A stretch of DNA of 64,000 nucleotides from Negaprion brevirostris (Eukaryota), in the NCBI GenBank assembly GCA_030324005.1, contig JARDVH010000097.1:52314449-52378448 (forward strand), in the 5' to 3' direction. Shown piece by piece: positions 1 through 11,179 of this stretch. The notes beneath the pieces are model-generated. The model worked only from the letters and a program-made list of their open reading frames with translations. It made no database searches and was not told the DNA's origin. Made by a program: the position numbers and the translations under genes. Position 1 is the stretch's first letter. The number at the start of each line of letters is the position of its first letter.

Positions 1-463
1 TCTCCTTAAAAATCCTCCACTGTTCCTCAGCTGTCCTACCAACCAATCTGCGCCCCCAATCTACATTAGCCAATTCCACCCTCATCTTATTATATTCCCC
101 TCTGTTCAAGAAGAGGACACTGGTTTGGGACCCTACTTTCTCAGCCTCCATCTGCATCAGAAATTCAACCATATTGTGATCACTCATCCCAAGAGGATCC
201 CTCACAAGAAGATCCTTAATTCTACGTGCCTCATCTCCATAGGCTAAGGGGTGGGGTGGCTGTCCACAGGCCTTCACACCATTAACTGAATTGTAACGGT
301 GGTGGAAAGGCAGTGGAGTAGCTTCCCATCCATCTTCCCACCTTAATTTTATGTCCTCACAGCTGATATTCTGATTGAAAATATAACATATCACTGCTCA
401 TTCGACCTTATCTTCTTTTCCACAGTTGTCAATAAATAACCATTTTGCTTGAACTTATAATAT

Positions 464-789
464 ATAGAATCTTACAGTGCAGGAGGAGGCCATTCGGCCC
501 ATCAAGCCTGCCTCAACCACAATCCCACCCAGGCCCTATCCCCATGCATTTTTACCCTAGCTAGTCTTCCTGACACTAAAGGGCAATTTAGTACAGCCAA
601 TCCATCTAACTTGCACGTCTTTGGAGTGTGGGAGGAAGCCGGAGCATCCAGAGGAAACCCACGCAGACACGGAGAGAATGCAAACTCCACACAGACAACA
701 ACCCAAGCCGGAAATTGAACCCAGGTCTTGAACCCATGTCCCTGGCGCTGTGAGGCAACAGTGCTAACCACTGTTCCACCGTGCTGCCC
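464..789 (-). mobile_element. HE1-like tRNA-derived V-SINE, full length
   Basis: Reverse complement starts gggcagcacggtggaacagtggttagcac (tRNA-like head), has the V-domain tgtgtggagtttgcattctctcc, and ends in a CR1-type tail ...gaatggcctcctcctgcactgtaagattctat. Confidence 0.9.
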
Positions 790-1884
790 ACATAATACAA
801 GTCCAATCAAATCACATATTTCATTCATATTAGCGTCTTATAATGTCAACATTTTAAAACTGAGTGGAATAGCTCATTTTAAACTGATTAAACAAAGATT
901 TTTGTCTGTGTGGATTTGTGAAAGGTATACCTACTACCGTGTATTTAATTTACTACACATACTATCATTCTCTGTCCAATTTACAGTAATATGCATTATT
1001 AAGAGAAGCTCTTGACAGGGGTAATGCAGCTAAAATCTTGAAATGAATTCAGCTATACAGTTTTTAATATTAATGTTCTACTGCATATTTGCTGACAGTC
1101 ACTGCATTCCTACAACTATTAAATGTAATTGCTTAAAACAAATCATATCAATGCAAGTATTTTATCTTTATTGTAGTACTACATCAATTTTAGTGAAAAT
1201 ATTACAATTGCATCTTCTCTTAACAGTGTATGACAAAAAATCCGACAATATTCCTGAGAAACTTGATAGGAAGCATCTAAACAGGTGCTGTTAATTGTTT
1301 GGGAAACTAACAGAATTGGGGTGAGACAGAGTACACACCGATATATTTAATTTGTGACTGGAAACAGTAAGGAATGTTGCAGAAAAAGATCAGCTCCATG
1401 CAGACATTAATCACATGAAGTAAATGTTCACCAGAAATTTATGAAGCACGTTATGTTGTGATGTCAATCAATCTGCAGTGCTGAGTTGACGCTGATGCTA
1501 CCATTTTAGAGTTCAAAAGCTTCAGTCAGTGCCCTCCCTTAACCTCGCAGAACTGAACATGTACCCAACTGCAGAAAGGAGACCCCTATCAGCACTACTT
1601 AAAGGAGATTATTAACTCCTTACAGATTAGTTGTTTGATTTATTCTGGCTTTGCTATGATTCTACAACTTTTTAGTAATTTCTATGATTGTTTCAAGTTG
1701 CAAATGGTGTGGTAGCGTGAAAGAATAAGGGCTAAAATATATGGGACAGATACAATTAATCAATTTAAAAACTACTTTTGCTGATAAAAGATTACAAGTA
1801 TCTAGAAGCCACTCTCCTGGGGACCCTTACAATGTCAACTATCACTAAAGTACAATGCTAAAGTACAGTTCAGATAAGTAAAAC

Positions 1885-2308
1885 CTTTTTTTAAATTCAT
1901 TCGTGGCATGTCAGCATTGCTGTCTGGCCAGCATTTATTGCCCATCCCTAGTTGCCCTTGAGAAGGTGGTGGTGAGTTGCCTTCTTGAATTGCTGCAGTC
2001 CATGTGCTGTGGGTTCACCCACAATGCCCTTTCCCCCGATAACCATTGATTCCAGTTTTGCTAGGGCTCCTTAATGCCACACTCAGTCGATGTCAAGGGC
2101 TGTCACTCTCACCTCACCTCTGGAATTCAGCTCTTTCACCCATGTTTGAACCAAGGCTGTAATGAGGTCAGGAACTGAGTAAGCCTGGTGAACCAAAACA
2201 AGTTACTGCTGAGCAGGTGCTGCTTGATAGCACGGTTGATGACCCCTTCCATCACTTTACTGATGACCTAGAGTACACTGGTTGGGTGGTAAATGGCTGG
2301 TTAGATTT
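1885..2308 (-). mobile_element. CR1/L2-group LINE 3' tail plus RT fragments (same family as 56293-59305)
   Basis: cagcatttattgcccatccctagttgcccttgagaaggtggtggtgag is the reverse complement of the tail at 59225-59305; RT-region text resembles 58030-58200. Confidence 0.75.
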
Positions 2309-3253
2309 NNNNNNNNNNNNNNNNNNNNNNNNNNNNNNNNNNNNNNNNNNNNNNNNNNNNNNNNNNNNNNNNNNNNNNNNNNNNNNNNNNNNNNNNNNNN
2401 NNNNNNNNNNNNNNNNNNNNNNNNNNNNNNNNNNNNNNNNNNNNNNNNNNNNNNNNNNNNNNNNNNNNNNNNNNNNNNNNNNNNNNNNNNNNNNNNNNNN
2501 NNNNNNNNNNNNNNNNNNNNNNNNNNNNNNNNNNNNNNNNNNNNNNNNNNNNNNNNNNNNNNNNNNNNNNNNNNNNNNNNNNNNNNNNNNNNNNNNNNNN
2601 NNNNNNNNNNNNNNNNNNNNNNNNNNNNNNNNNNNNNNNNNNNNNNNNNNNNNNNNNNNNNNNNNNNNNNNNNNNNNNNNNNNNNNNNNNNNNNNNNNNN
2701 NNNNNNNNNNNNNNNNNNNNNNNNNNNNNNNNNNNNNNNNNNNNNNNNNNNNNNNNNNNNNNNNNNNNNNNNNNNNNNNNNNNNNNNNNNNNNNNNNNNN
2801 NNNNNNNNNNNNNNNNNNNNNNNNNNNNNNNNNNNNNNNNNNNNNNNNNNNNNNNNNNNNNNNNNNNNNNNNNNNNNNNNNNNNNNNNNNNNNNNNNNNN
2901 NNNNNNNNNNNNNNNNNNNNNNNNNNNNNNNNNNNNNNNNNNNNNNNNNNNNNNNNNNNNNNNNNNNNNNNNNNNNNNNNNNNNNNNNNNNNNNNNNNNN
3001 NNNNNNNNNNNNNNNNNNNNNNNNNNNNNNNNNNNNNNNNNNNNNNNNNNNNNNNNNNNNNNNNNNNNNNNNNNNNNNNNNNNNNNNNNNNNNNNNNNNN
3101 NNNNNNNNNNNNNNNNNNNNNNNNNNNNNNNNNNNNNNNNNNNNNNNNNNNNNNNNNNNNNNNNNNNNNNNNNNNNNNNNNNNNNNNNNNNNNNNNNNNN
3201 NNNNNNNNNNNNNNNNNNNNNNNNNNNNNNNNNNNNNNNNNNNNNNNNNNNNT

Positions 3254-3330
3254 TCCTATAATGTGGGGACCAGAACTGCACACAATACTCCAAGTGCGGC
3301 CGCACCAGAGTTTTGTACAGTTGCAACATA
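3254..3330 (-). mobile_element. CR1 (HER1-type) ORF2 fragment running into a gap
   Basis: Translation MLQLYKTLVRPHLEYCVQFWSPHYR is the canonical CR1 ORF2 C-terminal motif. Confidence 0.9.
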
Positions 3331-3485
3331 ATATTCAGGAAAATTACAATCTAGCTAAAAACAACTAGATTTTAGACTATTGAGTATGAATGACTCTCTT
3401 CCTTTGGAAGGGGGTGGGCAGGGGGGAAGGGGGAGGGGAGAGGGTGTAATTGGATCTGAGGCCCCAAAGTGTGTATCATGGAGTC

Positions 3486-3501
3486 TAGCTCCCTCTGGTG
3501 G
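3486..3501 (-). promoter_or_regulatory. Candidate CTCF binding site
   Basis: Minus strand reads CCACCAGAGGGAGCTA, close to the CTCF core consensus CCACCAGGGGGCGCTA; motif evidence only. Confidence 0.5.
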
Positions 3502-3769
3502 AAGAGGAGGAAAATTAGTTAAGGGATTCGCCAAATCCTGTAAACTTCAAGTTAGAGGTTGCGATAGTGAAAACCACCACAGTAGGTACTGAAGGATCCT
3601 TTTGGTGGCTTCAAGGTTTTTCTGCACTCAAACAAGTCCCTTGTTTGAGTGCAGAATAGACTTTTCCTTTGGAATATAGCAAGACTTGGAAAATGAACAG
3701 AAGTCACAGAGAGCAGAACAAGCTCCTGGGACAGGGAATAAGAGGGGGAGATGGGATTTCAGTAGGAGG

Positions 3770-4380
3770 CTGCATCGGCCCAGGGTATACAGGGAGCAAT
3801 CATCTTACCCAAACCTCAGCAAATAACAATGTATGCGATGTCTCTGTTTCAGTAAGAACTCCCTCACTGAAATCTGCCGCCAACTGCAGCCACAACTACA
3901 ACCTGAAGGAATGCAAGGACCACATTGCCAGTGGCTGTGAAAGTGAAAATGATAATAAACTGTTATTTACTTGGTTCCTTCCAGGCTGGAGTTATTTCCA
4001 ACTCTTTGCATTTGGCTATCCAATGTTGTTCTTCCTTCATTGAAAGCTAACTACATTTCACTCTCTTTTGCAAGAAAAAAACAGGCAGAGCAAGCATGTG
4101 GCTTTGCTAGGATTGCAGGCTTTTCTGTGGTGCAGATTACTATTGACTGTACTTTGTGAGGCTGCATATGAGCTCTGTTACGTACTGGAAAAGGGATTTC
4201 ACGTCCTCAATGCTGAAATGGTGTGTGATCATAATTAATGAATTATGTAAATCAATCCCAGTTTCCAGGCAGCAGTGATAATACCTCAGTTCTGCAGCAG
4301 TTCATGGCATTATTTAAGCTACCACGATGAACCAAATGGCAGCTAATGGCTGTCAAGTGCTAATCAGTGATAACATAGAT
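3770..4380 (+). mobile_element. Decayed PIF/Harbinger transposase fragment
   Basis: Broken frames give GSFQAG, GFARIAGFSVVQITIDCT (cf. GAIDCTH) and KGFHVLNAEMVCDH (cf. RKGFHSLNVQLVCDH). Confidence 0.75.
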
Positions 4381-4409
4381 GGTGAACTTGATGCACATGC
4401 ATCTTTTCC

Positions 4410-4852
4410 ACTTGGTCACCCAAATTTCTTAGCGTCCAAAGATTTGCAGGTTAAATGGATTGGCCATGCTAAATTGCTCCTTAGTGTCCAAACTTGTGTA
4501 GGTGAAGCGGATTAGCAGGGTAAATATATGGGGTTATGAGGATAGAGCAGGGGGTGGACCTGGGTAAGATACTCTGTCTGAGGGGCCTCCAGACCTAAGA
4601 ACATAAGAAATAGGAGCAGGAGTAGGCCATCTAGCCCTNNNNNNNNNNNNNNNNNNNNNNNNNNNNNNNNNNNNNNNNNNNNNNNNNNNNNNNNNNNNNN
4701 NNNNNNNNNNNNNNNNNNNNNNNNNNNNNNNNNNNNNNTATAAATGGTAAGTAGCTGAGGCCCCAGCACCGATCCCTGTGGCACTCCACTAGTCATCAAC
4801 CGCCAATCAGGAACTGAATGGTCTCCTTCTGCATTGCTGGAATTCTATGATT
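4410..4852 (+). mobile_element. HE1 SINE 3' part interrupted by a minus-strand CR1 (4595-4810, gap inside)
   Basis: gattggccatgctaaattgctcc... SINE body resumes at 4813 with gaatggtctccttctgcattg; nested aagaacataagaaataggagcaggagtaggcc tail and minus-strand SGVPQGSVLGPQL motif. Confidence 0.75.
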
Positions 4853-5670
4853 CGATGCAAAAATAAAAACCAGCACAAAACAAATATTCCAAAACACATA
4901 TATAAATGAAAAACATGCCATTTTCGTGCAAAAATCACTTTCGTGCATTCCCTTATGCATTCTTGTAAACTTGAAAGGGATCCCAAACAGGAATCTTAAA
5001 CTTAAACAAAGCCAATTACATAGGTATGAGGGGGAATCTGGGCAAGGTTGATTGAATAAATAGACTAAACTGTGTGATAGTAAATAAATTGTGGGAAATA
5101 TTTATAGAAACAATTCAACATTTTGAACGAAAGTAGATTCCAAAAACAATTACTCAGTGAATAGGTTCCAACTGCAGCTTACTAGAGAAGTTAAGGTGCT
5201 ATAAATTTAAAAAACGTTTCTCAGGTTTTAAAGAACAGTAGTAAGTATAACGATTTGGAATGTTTTAGAAAAATAGAAAAGGGTGATGAAAAAGTTGATT
5301 AAGAAAGGAAATAAATAGAATGAGTAGACTAACTAGGAATATATAAAAAGACTATAAGAGCTTTTAGAAGAAAAGGAAAAGAGTAGCTAAAATCTGGTCC
5401 CTTTGAGGCAGAGACTGGAGAAATTATCATAGTGAATGAAAAAATGGAAGAGATGTTGAACAAATAAGTTTCGCCTGTCAGTACAATAAAGGATAAAAGT
5501 TAAATAGGAAATAGGAGGTAACCAAGGGGCAAATAAAAATAATGAACTTAAGGTAATTTATATTAACAGAGAAAAAGTATTGGAGAAACTTATGGAGTAA
5601 AAGCGGATGAACCTCCAGGAACTGATGGCCTGCATCCTAGGGTACTGAAAGAAATAGCTGCGAAGATAGT

Positions 5671-6436
5671 GGGTAGGATTCTGCCAAAAAAAATTCTAAG
5701 TGCTGAATTCACGTAAAAAGTGGAGTAAATCCCACTGACTTTTCTCAGTGGGACTTTCAAAATGAATTTCCCATACTCTGTGCATCACAAACTGCCTCAG
5801 CATGAATCATACTAAAAATCAGGGAGCAGGGCCTAATCCCGCTGGAGAGGTTGGCAGAATAGCACTGAATGGGCCACTGCGCTGGCCTGTCCCACGACCG
5901 TACAACACTACTCCTCCAATCTCCCATGCCCCGATTGCTGGCCTCGTGATCTCCCCCCTCCCCACCAATCCCAATCTCTCAAACCCTGCAGGCCAACCCC
6001 CCCACCCCCACCCACCCAACCGACGGCCAGCCCCAATTGCTGGTCTCCCTCCCTCTGTCACTGCCAAGTGCAGAGTGGCGGGGGAAGCCCACCCCCCCAC
6101 CCCCACAGATCTCCCCCCAGAGGCCCTGTCCACTTGGCGTTGCCTGATGTCCCCTGAGCTTTGACACTTTGCCCCTTGGGCAGTGCAGGGGGCACTGCCA
6201 AGCTGGCAATGCCCTTGATGGCCATCCTTCACTCCAGTGGGCTAGGGCCGCCAACTCCCCGCTAATGGGGAGCTATTGTAAATCCTGCTGGAGTGAAACA
6301 CTCCTGGCAGGGATGGAGACTCTAACAGGCCCGGAGACTTCAGTCCCGGCCCACTAATCATATGCTAACTCTAATTTTAATAATTTACTCAGCTCTGTGC
6401 TGCTAGAGCAGTGCAGAGGGCTTGGAGAATTGTCCC
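5671..6436. mobile_element. Non-autonomous DNA transposon (Harbinger-like MITE)
   Basis: Imperfect TIRs gggtaggattct / agaattgtccc with a 3-bp TSD agt on both sides; splits an otherwise continuous CR1. Confidence 0.65.
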
Positions 6437-6649
6437 AGTGTACATTCTGGTTATGCTTTTCCCAAAATTCCCTAGATTCAAGAATGGTTCCAGTGGATTG
6501 GAAGTTAACAAATTTAACATTATTAGTTAAAAAAGGATAAAGAGTGAAAATGGAACTGCATACCTGTTAGCTTGACATCAATCACTGGGAAATGTTCAAA
6601 TTTATTATTAATGAAATGTACTTAGCAATACACTTAGAAAATCAAACAA

Positions 6650-7320
6650 AAGATTCCCCACTATCAACATCAATACTGACCAAAAATTATTGAACAGGAC
6701 CAGCCATATAAATACTATGGCTACAAAAGCAGGTCAGAAACTGAGAATTCTATAGGATATAACTCTCCTCTTGACTCTCCAAACCCTTGATTGAGAGTAT
6801 TCCATTAGGTCAGGAGCATGATGGAACACTGTCCACTTGCCTGGATGAGTGCAGCTTCAACAACACTCAAGAGGCTTGACACAATCCAGGAGAAAACAGC
6901 CCACCTAACTAGCACGTCATCCACCACTTTCAATAACCACTCCCCCCATGGATACACAGTGACAGCAGTTTGTACCATCTACAAGATGCACTGCAGCAAC
7001 TCACCAGGGCTTCTTCAAAGGCATTTTCCAAACCCACAACATCTATCACTGAGAAAGACAAGGACAGCATACGCATGGGAACATTATCATTCACAAGTTT
7101 CTCTCTAAGCTACACACCAACCTGACTTGGAACTAAACCTGCTTTCCTTCACTGTCATTCGGTCAAAATCCTGGAAATCCCTTGTTAACAGCACTGTGGG
7201 TATACTTACCCCACACATTGAAAAAAAACCAGATCATCATCACTTTCTCAAGAGCAATTAGGAATAGGAGATAAAAATACAGGCCTAGCCAGCAACACCT
7301 GTGTCCTGTGAAAGAATTTA
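6650..7320 (+). mobile_element. 3' part of the CR1/L2-group LINE family seen at 56293-59305
   Basis: MEHCPLAWMSAASTTLKRLDTIQEKTAHL...AVCTIYKMHCSNSP plus a 3' tail; collinear with 58650-59305. Confidence 0.8.
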
Positions 7321-7990
7321 AGAAATATCAACATGGTTAAATGTCATGTTTGACAAATTTATTTGAGTTTTTTGAGGACGTAAACAGGAAGGTTAGATAC
7401 AGAGGAGTCAATAGACATTACAAACTTGGATTTCCAAAAGTCATTTAATAAGATGCCGCACAAAAAATTAAAAAACAAGGACTCATGGAGTTTATGGTAA
7501 TATATTACCCTGGATTGAAGATCAGGTAATAGAAAAATTTATTTCTTAAAGGCATTACTAATCTCGCTGAGGTAGAGTTGCATGCACTAATTGCCCTCTT
7601 ATACCTTAAAAATAGCTGTAATTGCCATCAGAGAGGGACATCATAGCTGACATGTATAATCCCAGTAAAGGTCAACGAGTAATCAGGAGCAAGAATACTG
7701 ATTTCTACCACCTAACCATAATGGAGAGGCTAATTATACACTGGCACTAGCTAGACCTCAGCAGCAAACCTACATGGTCTGAATGCCTTACCTACATATA
7801 CAGTGTATGAAACTATTAACCAACTGAGGGAGGGACAGAGTTCATTCTTTAGTCCAGTAAGGGACAGTGCATGGCAAGAAGAAATGAAAATAAATTGAAC
7901 GCATAAAAAAATTTAGAAAGGGAGCCTGATTCAAAAAAAACCTGCTACAAATTAAAATAACACTGTCAACTCAAACATATTTGTACTTAC

Positions 7991-8067
7991 CGAAATTGCA
8001 GAAAAGCTTCTGCTAAAGTCAATTTATCCTCTTTACTTCCTCTGGCATCTTTCTTCTTCTTTGCCAT
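7991..8067 (-). CDS. CCDC83: First coding exon (partial CDS) of a CCDC83-like coiled-coil protein; whole exon probably 7991-8090
   Basis: aaaATGG start context; MAKKKKDARGSKEDKLTLAEAFLQF(R) followed by CG|GTAAGT donor; TTTATAG acceptor 23 nt upstream of the ATG. Resembles the recalled CCDC83 N-terminus (...KLPTSEALLDYQ in human). No later exon found in the window; identity not search-verified. Confidence 0.6.
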
Positions 8068-8980
8068 TTTTACTTCAAAAATGGGAGTTACTATAAATAA
8101 TATTTTTTTCAAAGTTATGAGGTTAATTTGTACTTTTTTAACATATTGTAAACTTATTTTACTCTAGAAAGCAATGCCCAGCAGTAAAGGAGTACAAGTC
8201 TAAAAATAAAGAAGTATATACATTAATCGCATTTTCCTTCATCTGGACTCTGTCTATTAATTGTTTGCTTTCTTCCATCCAGGATACAATTCCTAAATCT
8301 CTCATTACTTTCTGCTGAGCTTTGTACTAACACTGAATGAATGCAAATCTTTATTTTTTCATTATATCCAGTGTATCCTCCAATTTGTTTAGGAGCGTGC
8401 TGGTGATTTGTATACGTGTGGCCCTTTCAAATTAAAGGCTAGCTTGTCCACAGTCTAAGTGGGGACCTTTGGGTTTCTGAGCAGCTGCGTAGCTTGAAGG
8501 GAACGTTGCTCACAAACTTTCAGCCCACCCGCCAAATCCGTTACTTTCCTCCAATCATGCAGCACATTTCACTCCAACTTACTGTCCATGCTATTATCTC
8601 CTTCATCTCCTCACATCTGTGTCACATTTCACAAACTAAAAAACCCTGACATGTACATCTTCAAAACATCATTTAAACTTCAACTAACACACTACATTCT
8701 TTTTTTGAGACTGCACTGACCCATAATATGAAGGAGCAGGTGAAAATAAGAGGGGAAAAATTCATCCACATACTGCCCATGAGAAGATTAAATCATAGCA
8801 CTGATCAAGACATAGCAACCAGAGGAAATGTCAAAACAATTGTAACCACGACTGGAAGATGTGAGCTTGATGTGCTTGTGAGCATGTTCCCCTAACTTAT
8901 TTCCTACTGAAATATCACTTTAATACTACACTTGGCAAAACATGATTGCTTTGAGCAGCTCCACATCTGTTTCTGCTTAC

Positions 8981-9031
8981 CCTTGCACTAAACTGTAATT
9001 CCAATCCCTCTCTTACTGGCTCAAAATCAAC
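8981..9031 (-). other. Candidate 51-nt non-coding 5' UTR exon of the CCDC83-like gene
   Basis: Minus strand: gactttacag|GTTGAT...GCAAGG|gtaagc; consensus acceptor and donor in unique sequence between the promoter and the ATG exon. Confidence 0.35.
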
Positions 9032-9662
9032 CTGTAAAGTCTAAACTAATGCTTAAAGGAAATGAGCATCTCTTTAAATGTTACTTTTATAACTTCTTCC
9101 GATTTTATGTACAGTGTTACAAAATGAAAATTTACATACTTCCACAGGTACTTCACAAAAGGATTTTGACTCACGTGCAGGACATTTATTACAGTACTTT
9201 ATTAGGCCATATTTTGTTTCAGGTGGCCAATGGAGAAGCTTTAGGAGATCCTGACCAATGTAATATCTGTTGTTTTACTTAGCACACCACTGCTGCTTTT
9301 ACCTTGCACGATCATCCTTCTTGTAATTTAATGTTTCCTGTCTACCATTCTATTGCAGACCTTATATTTTGTTCCTCTCTTTCCCAACCTCTTTTATTAG
9401 CGCTTTGGTGACACACTGGCAGATGAGAAGACTTGTAAATGTTAAGGGAAGGTGTTGGGTTGCCCAACATCTTCCTGCCCCACATCTTTTTTGCCAGTAG
9501 TGGGAAAATTGGATCTTAAGTAGCCAATTAAGGGCTATTCCCACTTGGGGACACAGCTTCACATGAAACCTGACAGTCTCCGAGCAATTGATGGAGACAG
9601 CCCTTCTTTATGGACACGCCATTTTGCCTAAGTAGGTTAACTCTGTTTCTTTCTGCACAGAT

Positions 9663-9958
9663 CATAGTGGCATGGTGGTTAGCATTGTTGCCTCACAGCA
9701 CCAAGGACCCGGATTTGATTCCTGGCTTGGGTCACTGTCTGTGTGGAGGGTGCATGTTCTCCCTGTGCCTATGTGGGTTTCCTCCAGGCGCACTGGTTTC
9801 TTCCCACAGTCTAAAGACATGCTGGTTAGGTGCATTGGCTATGTTAACTTCTCCCTCAGTGTACCTGAACAGGTAGGTGCTGGAATGTGGCAACTAGGAG
9901 ATTTTCATAGTAACTTCATTGCAGTGTTAATGAAAGCCTACTTCTGACAATAATAACA
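9663..9958 (+). mobile_element. HE1-like V-SINE variant with an alternative 3' tail
   Basis: tRNA head and V-domain, then tail ggaatgtggcaactaggagattttcatagtaacttcattgcagtgttaatg. Confidence 0.85.
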
Positions 9959-9959
9959 A

Positions 9960-10272
9960 ATCATCATAGAATCCCTACAGTGTAGAAGGGGACTATTCAG
10001 CCCATCAAGTCTACAATGCCACAATCCCACCAGGCCCTATTCCCATAACCCCACATATTTACCCTGCCAATCCCACTGACGTGAGGGGCAATGTAGCTTG
10101 GCCAATCAACCTACCCACATACCTTTGGAGTGTGGGAGAAAACCAGAGCACCCAAAGAAAACCCATGCAAACACGGGGAGAATGTGCAAACTCCACACTG
10201 AGCGTGACCTGAGGCCAAAATTGAACCCAGGACCCTGGCACTGTGAGGCAGCAGTGCTATCCACTGTGCTAC
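9960..10272 (-). mobile_element. HE1-like V-SINE with CR1-type tail
   Basis: Collinear with 464-789; tail-to-tail with the SINE at 9663-9958. Confidence 0.9.
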
Positions 10273-10529
10273 CCCAGCTACTGTCATTCTTCTGGCAAAT
10301 CGAATAAACTAAGTCAAGCAAACGGAAGTGCACAGATGCTGCCAGCCCTGCTGAATATTCCCTGCATTCTCTATTCTCTTTACAGAAAAGGTTTTCAATA
10401 CTATCTTAGTGATGGGGATTAGCAGAGTGTACTGCACTTTGAGGCGGAAGGGGGATAGACATTTGCTCCAAGTTAATGAAGCGAGTGAAGTCCTGAGACA
10501 TTGTGGGTTTGCTCTGGGATGGCTCAGAC

Positions 10530-10750
10530 AGCCGGGCCAGCCACGCACCTACCTGAGTACCCCGGACCACCTTCACTCTACCACCGGCCGCTTGTTTTGG
10601 ATCGGCATCCGCTGTAACCAGGGGCAACGCCCCCCGCGGAGAACCGAGCATGCGCGAGCCAGCGACCCCTGTCGACAGAGCGCGGTCACTGCATCCTTGG
10701 GCTGCCAGAGGAAAGTCTGTGAAAGGTAAGACTGATTGCCAGGATACATG
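10530..10750. promoter_or_regulatory. Small CpG-rich candidate bidirectional promoter with RFX X-box
   Basis: Dense CpGs in an otherwise CpG-poor window; X-box GTAACC-AGG-GGCAAC at 10614-10628; minus-strand donor CAG|GTAGGT (exon end 10553); plus-strand donor AAG|GTAAGA (exon end 10725). Confidence 0.65.
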
Positions 10751-11179
10751 AAAATATAACCCGTTAACTAGCACCTTTGTGTGTCCTAAATCCGTCCCAC
10801 TGCTGGAAATCTTTAATTTCCTGCCTTCCACCCTATTGTAGACCTTATTTTTTTAGCAAAAGTCTTTAACAATAAAGAACACTATACACTGGTGGTGACT
10901 TCATTACAAAGCCAGTGCTCTGGTGATTGGGCAAACTTCCCTGAAAAAGGTTAGATTTTTCCACTTTTGTTATTTATATTCCAAAATGTTTAGCAGTGCA
11001 ATCTGAATCTTTTTGTTTTTAATTCAACAAACTTCATTTGAAACTTGTTAAATTCCTAGGGTTACGAGTGGATGATCCTAGAGTCTCCAGGAATTAAAAG
11101 TAATCTTCAGAACTCTGTTACCAAGTACTCCAATGAAGAATCAAAGTCATTAGGAATTATTCTGTATTTTGTTTTATCA

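Larger units (their letters stand above)
5200..7530 (+). mobile_element. Old CR1 ORF2 fragment carrying nested insertions
   Basis: Motifs SPGTDGLHPRVLKE (5610-5650), NSLDSRMVPVDWK (6465-6505) and LDFQKSFNKMPH (7425-7460); interrupted at 5671-6436 and ~6650-7320. Confidence 0.75.

Noticed and set aside
740-789. tRNA genes at SINE heads (here and in the other SINE copies)
   Set aside because: A/B boxes belong to tRNA-derived SINE heads continuing into V or Deu domains; no cloverleaf
2217-3368. Long ORFs of 340-383 aa (also those spanning gaps at 25.6, 43.4 and 54.1 kb)
   Set aside because: They consist of N-runs translated as X; not real coding sequence
10406-10831. 141-aa and 106-aa ORFs over the GC-rich patch
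   Set aside because: GC-rich promoter DNA lacks stops by composition; no recognisable domain, and splice donors interrupt them
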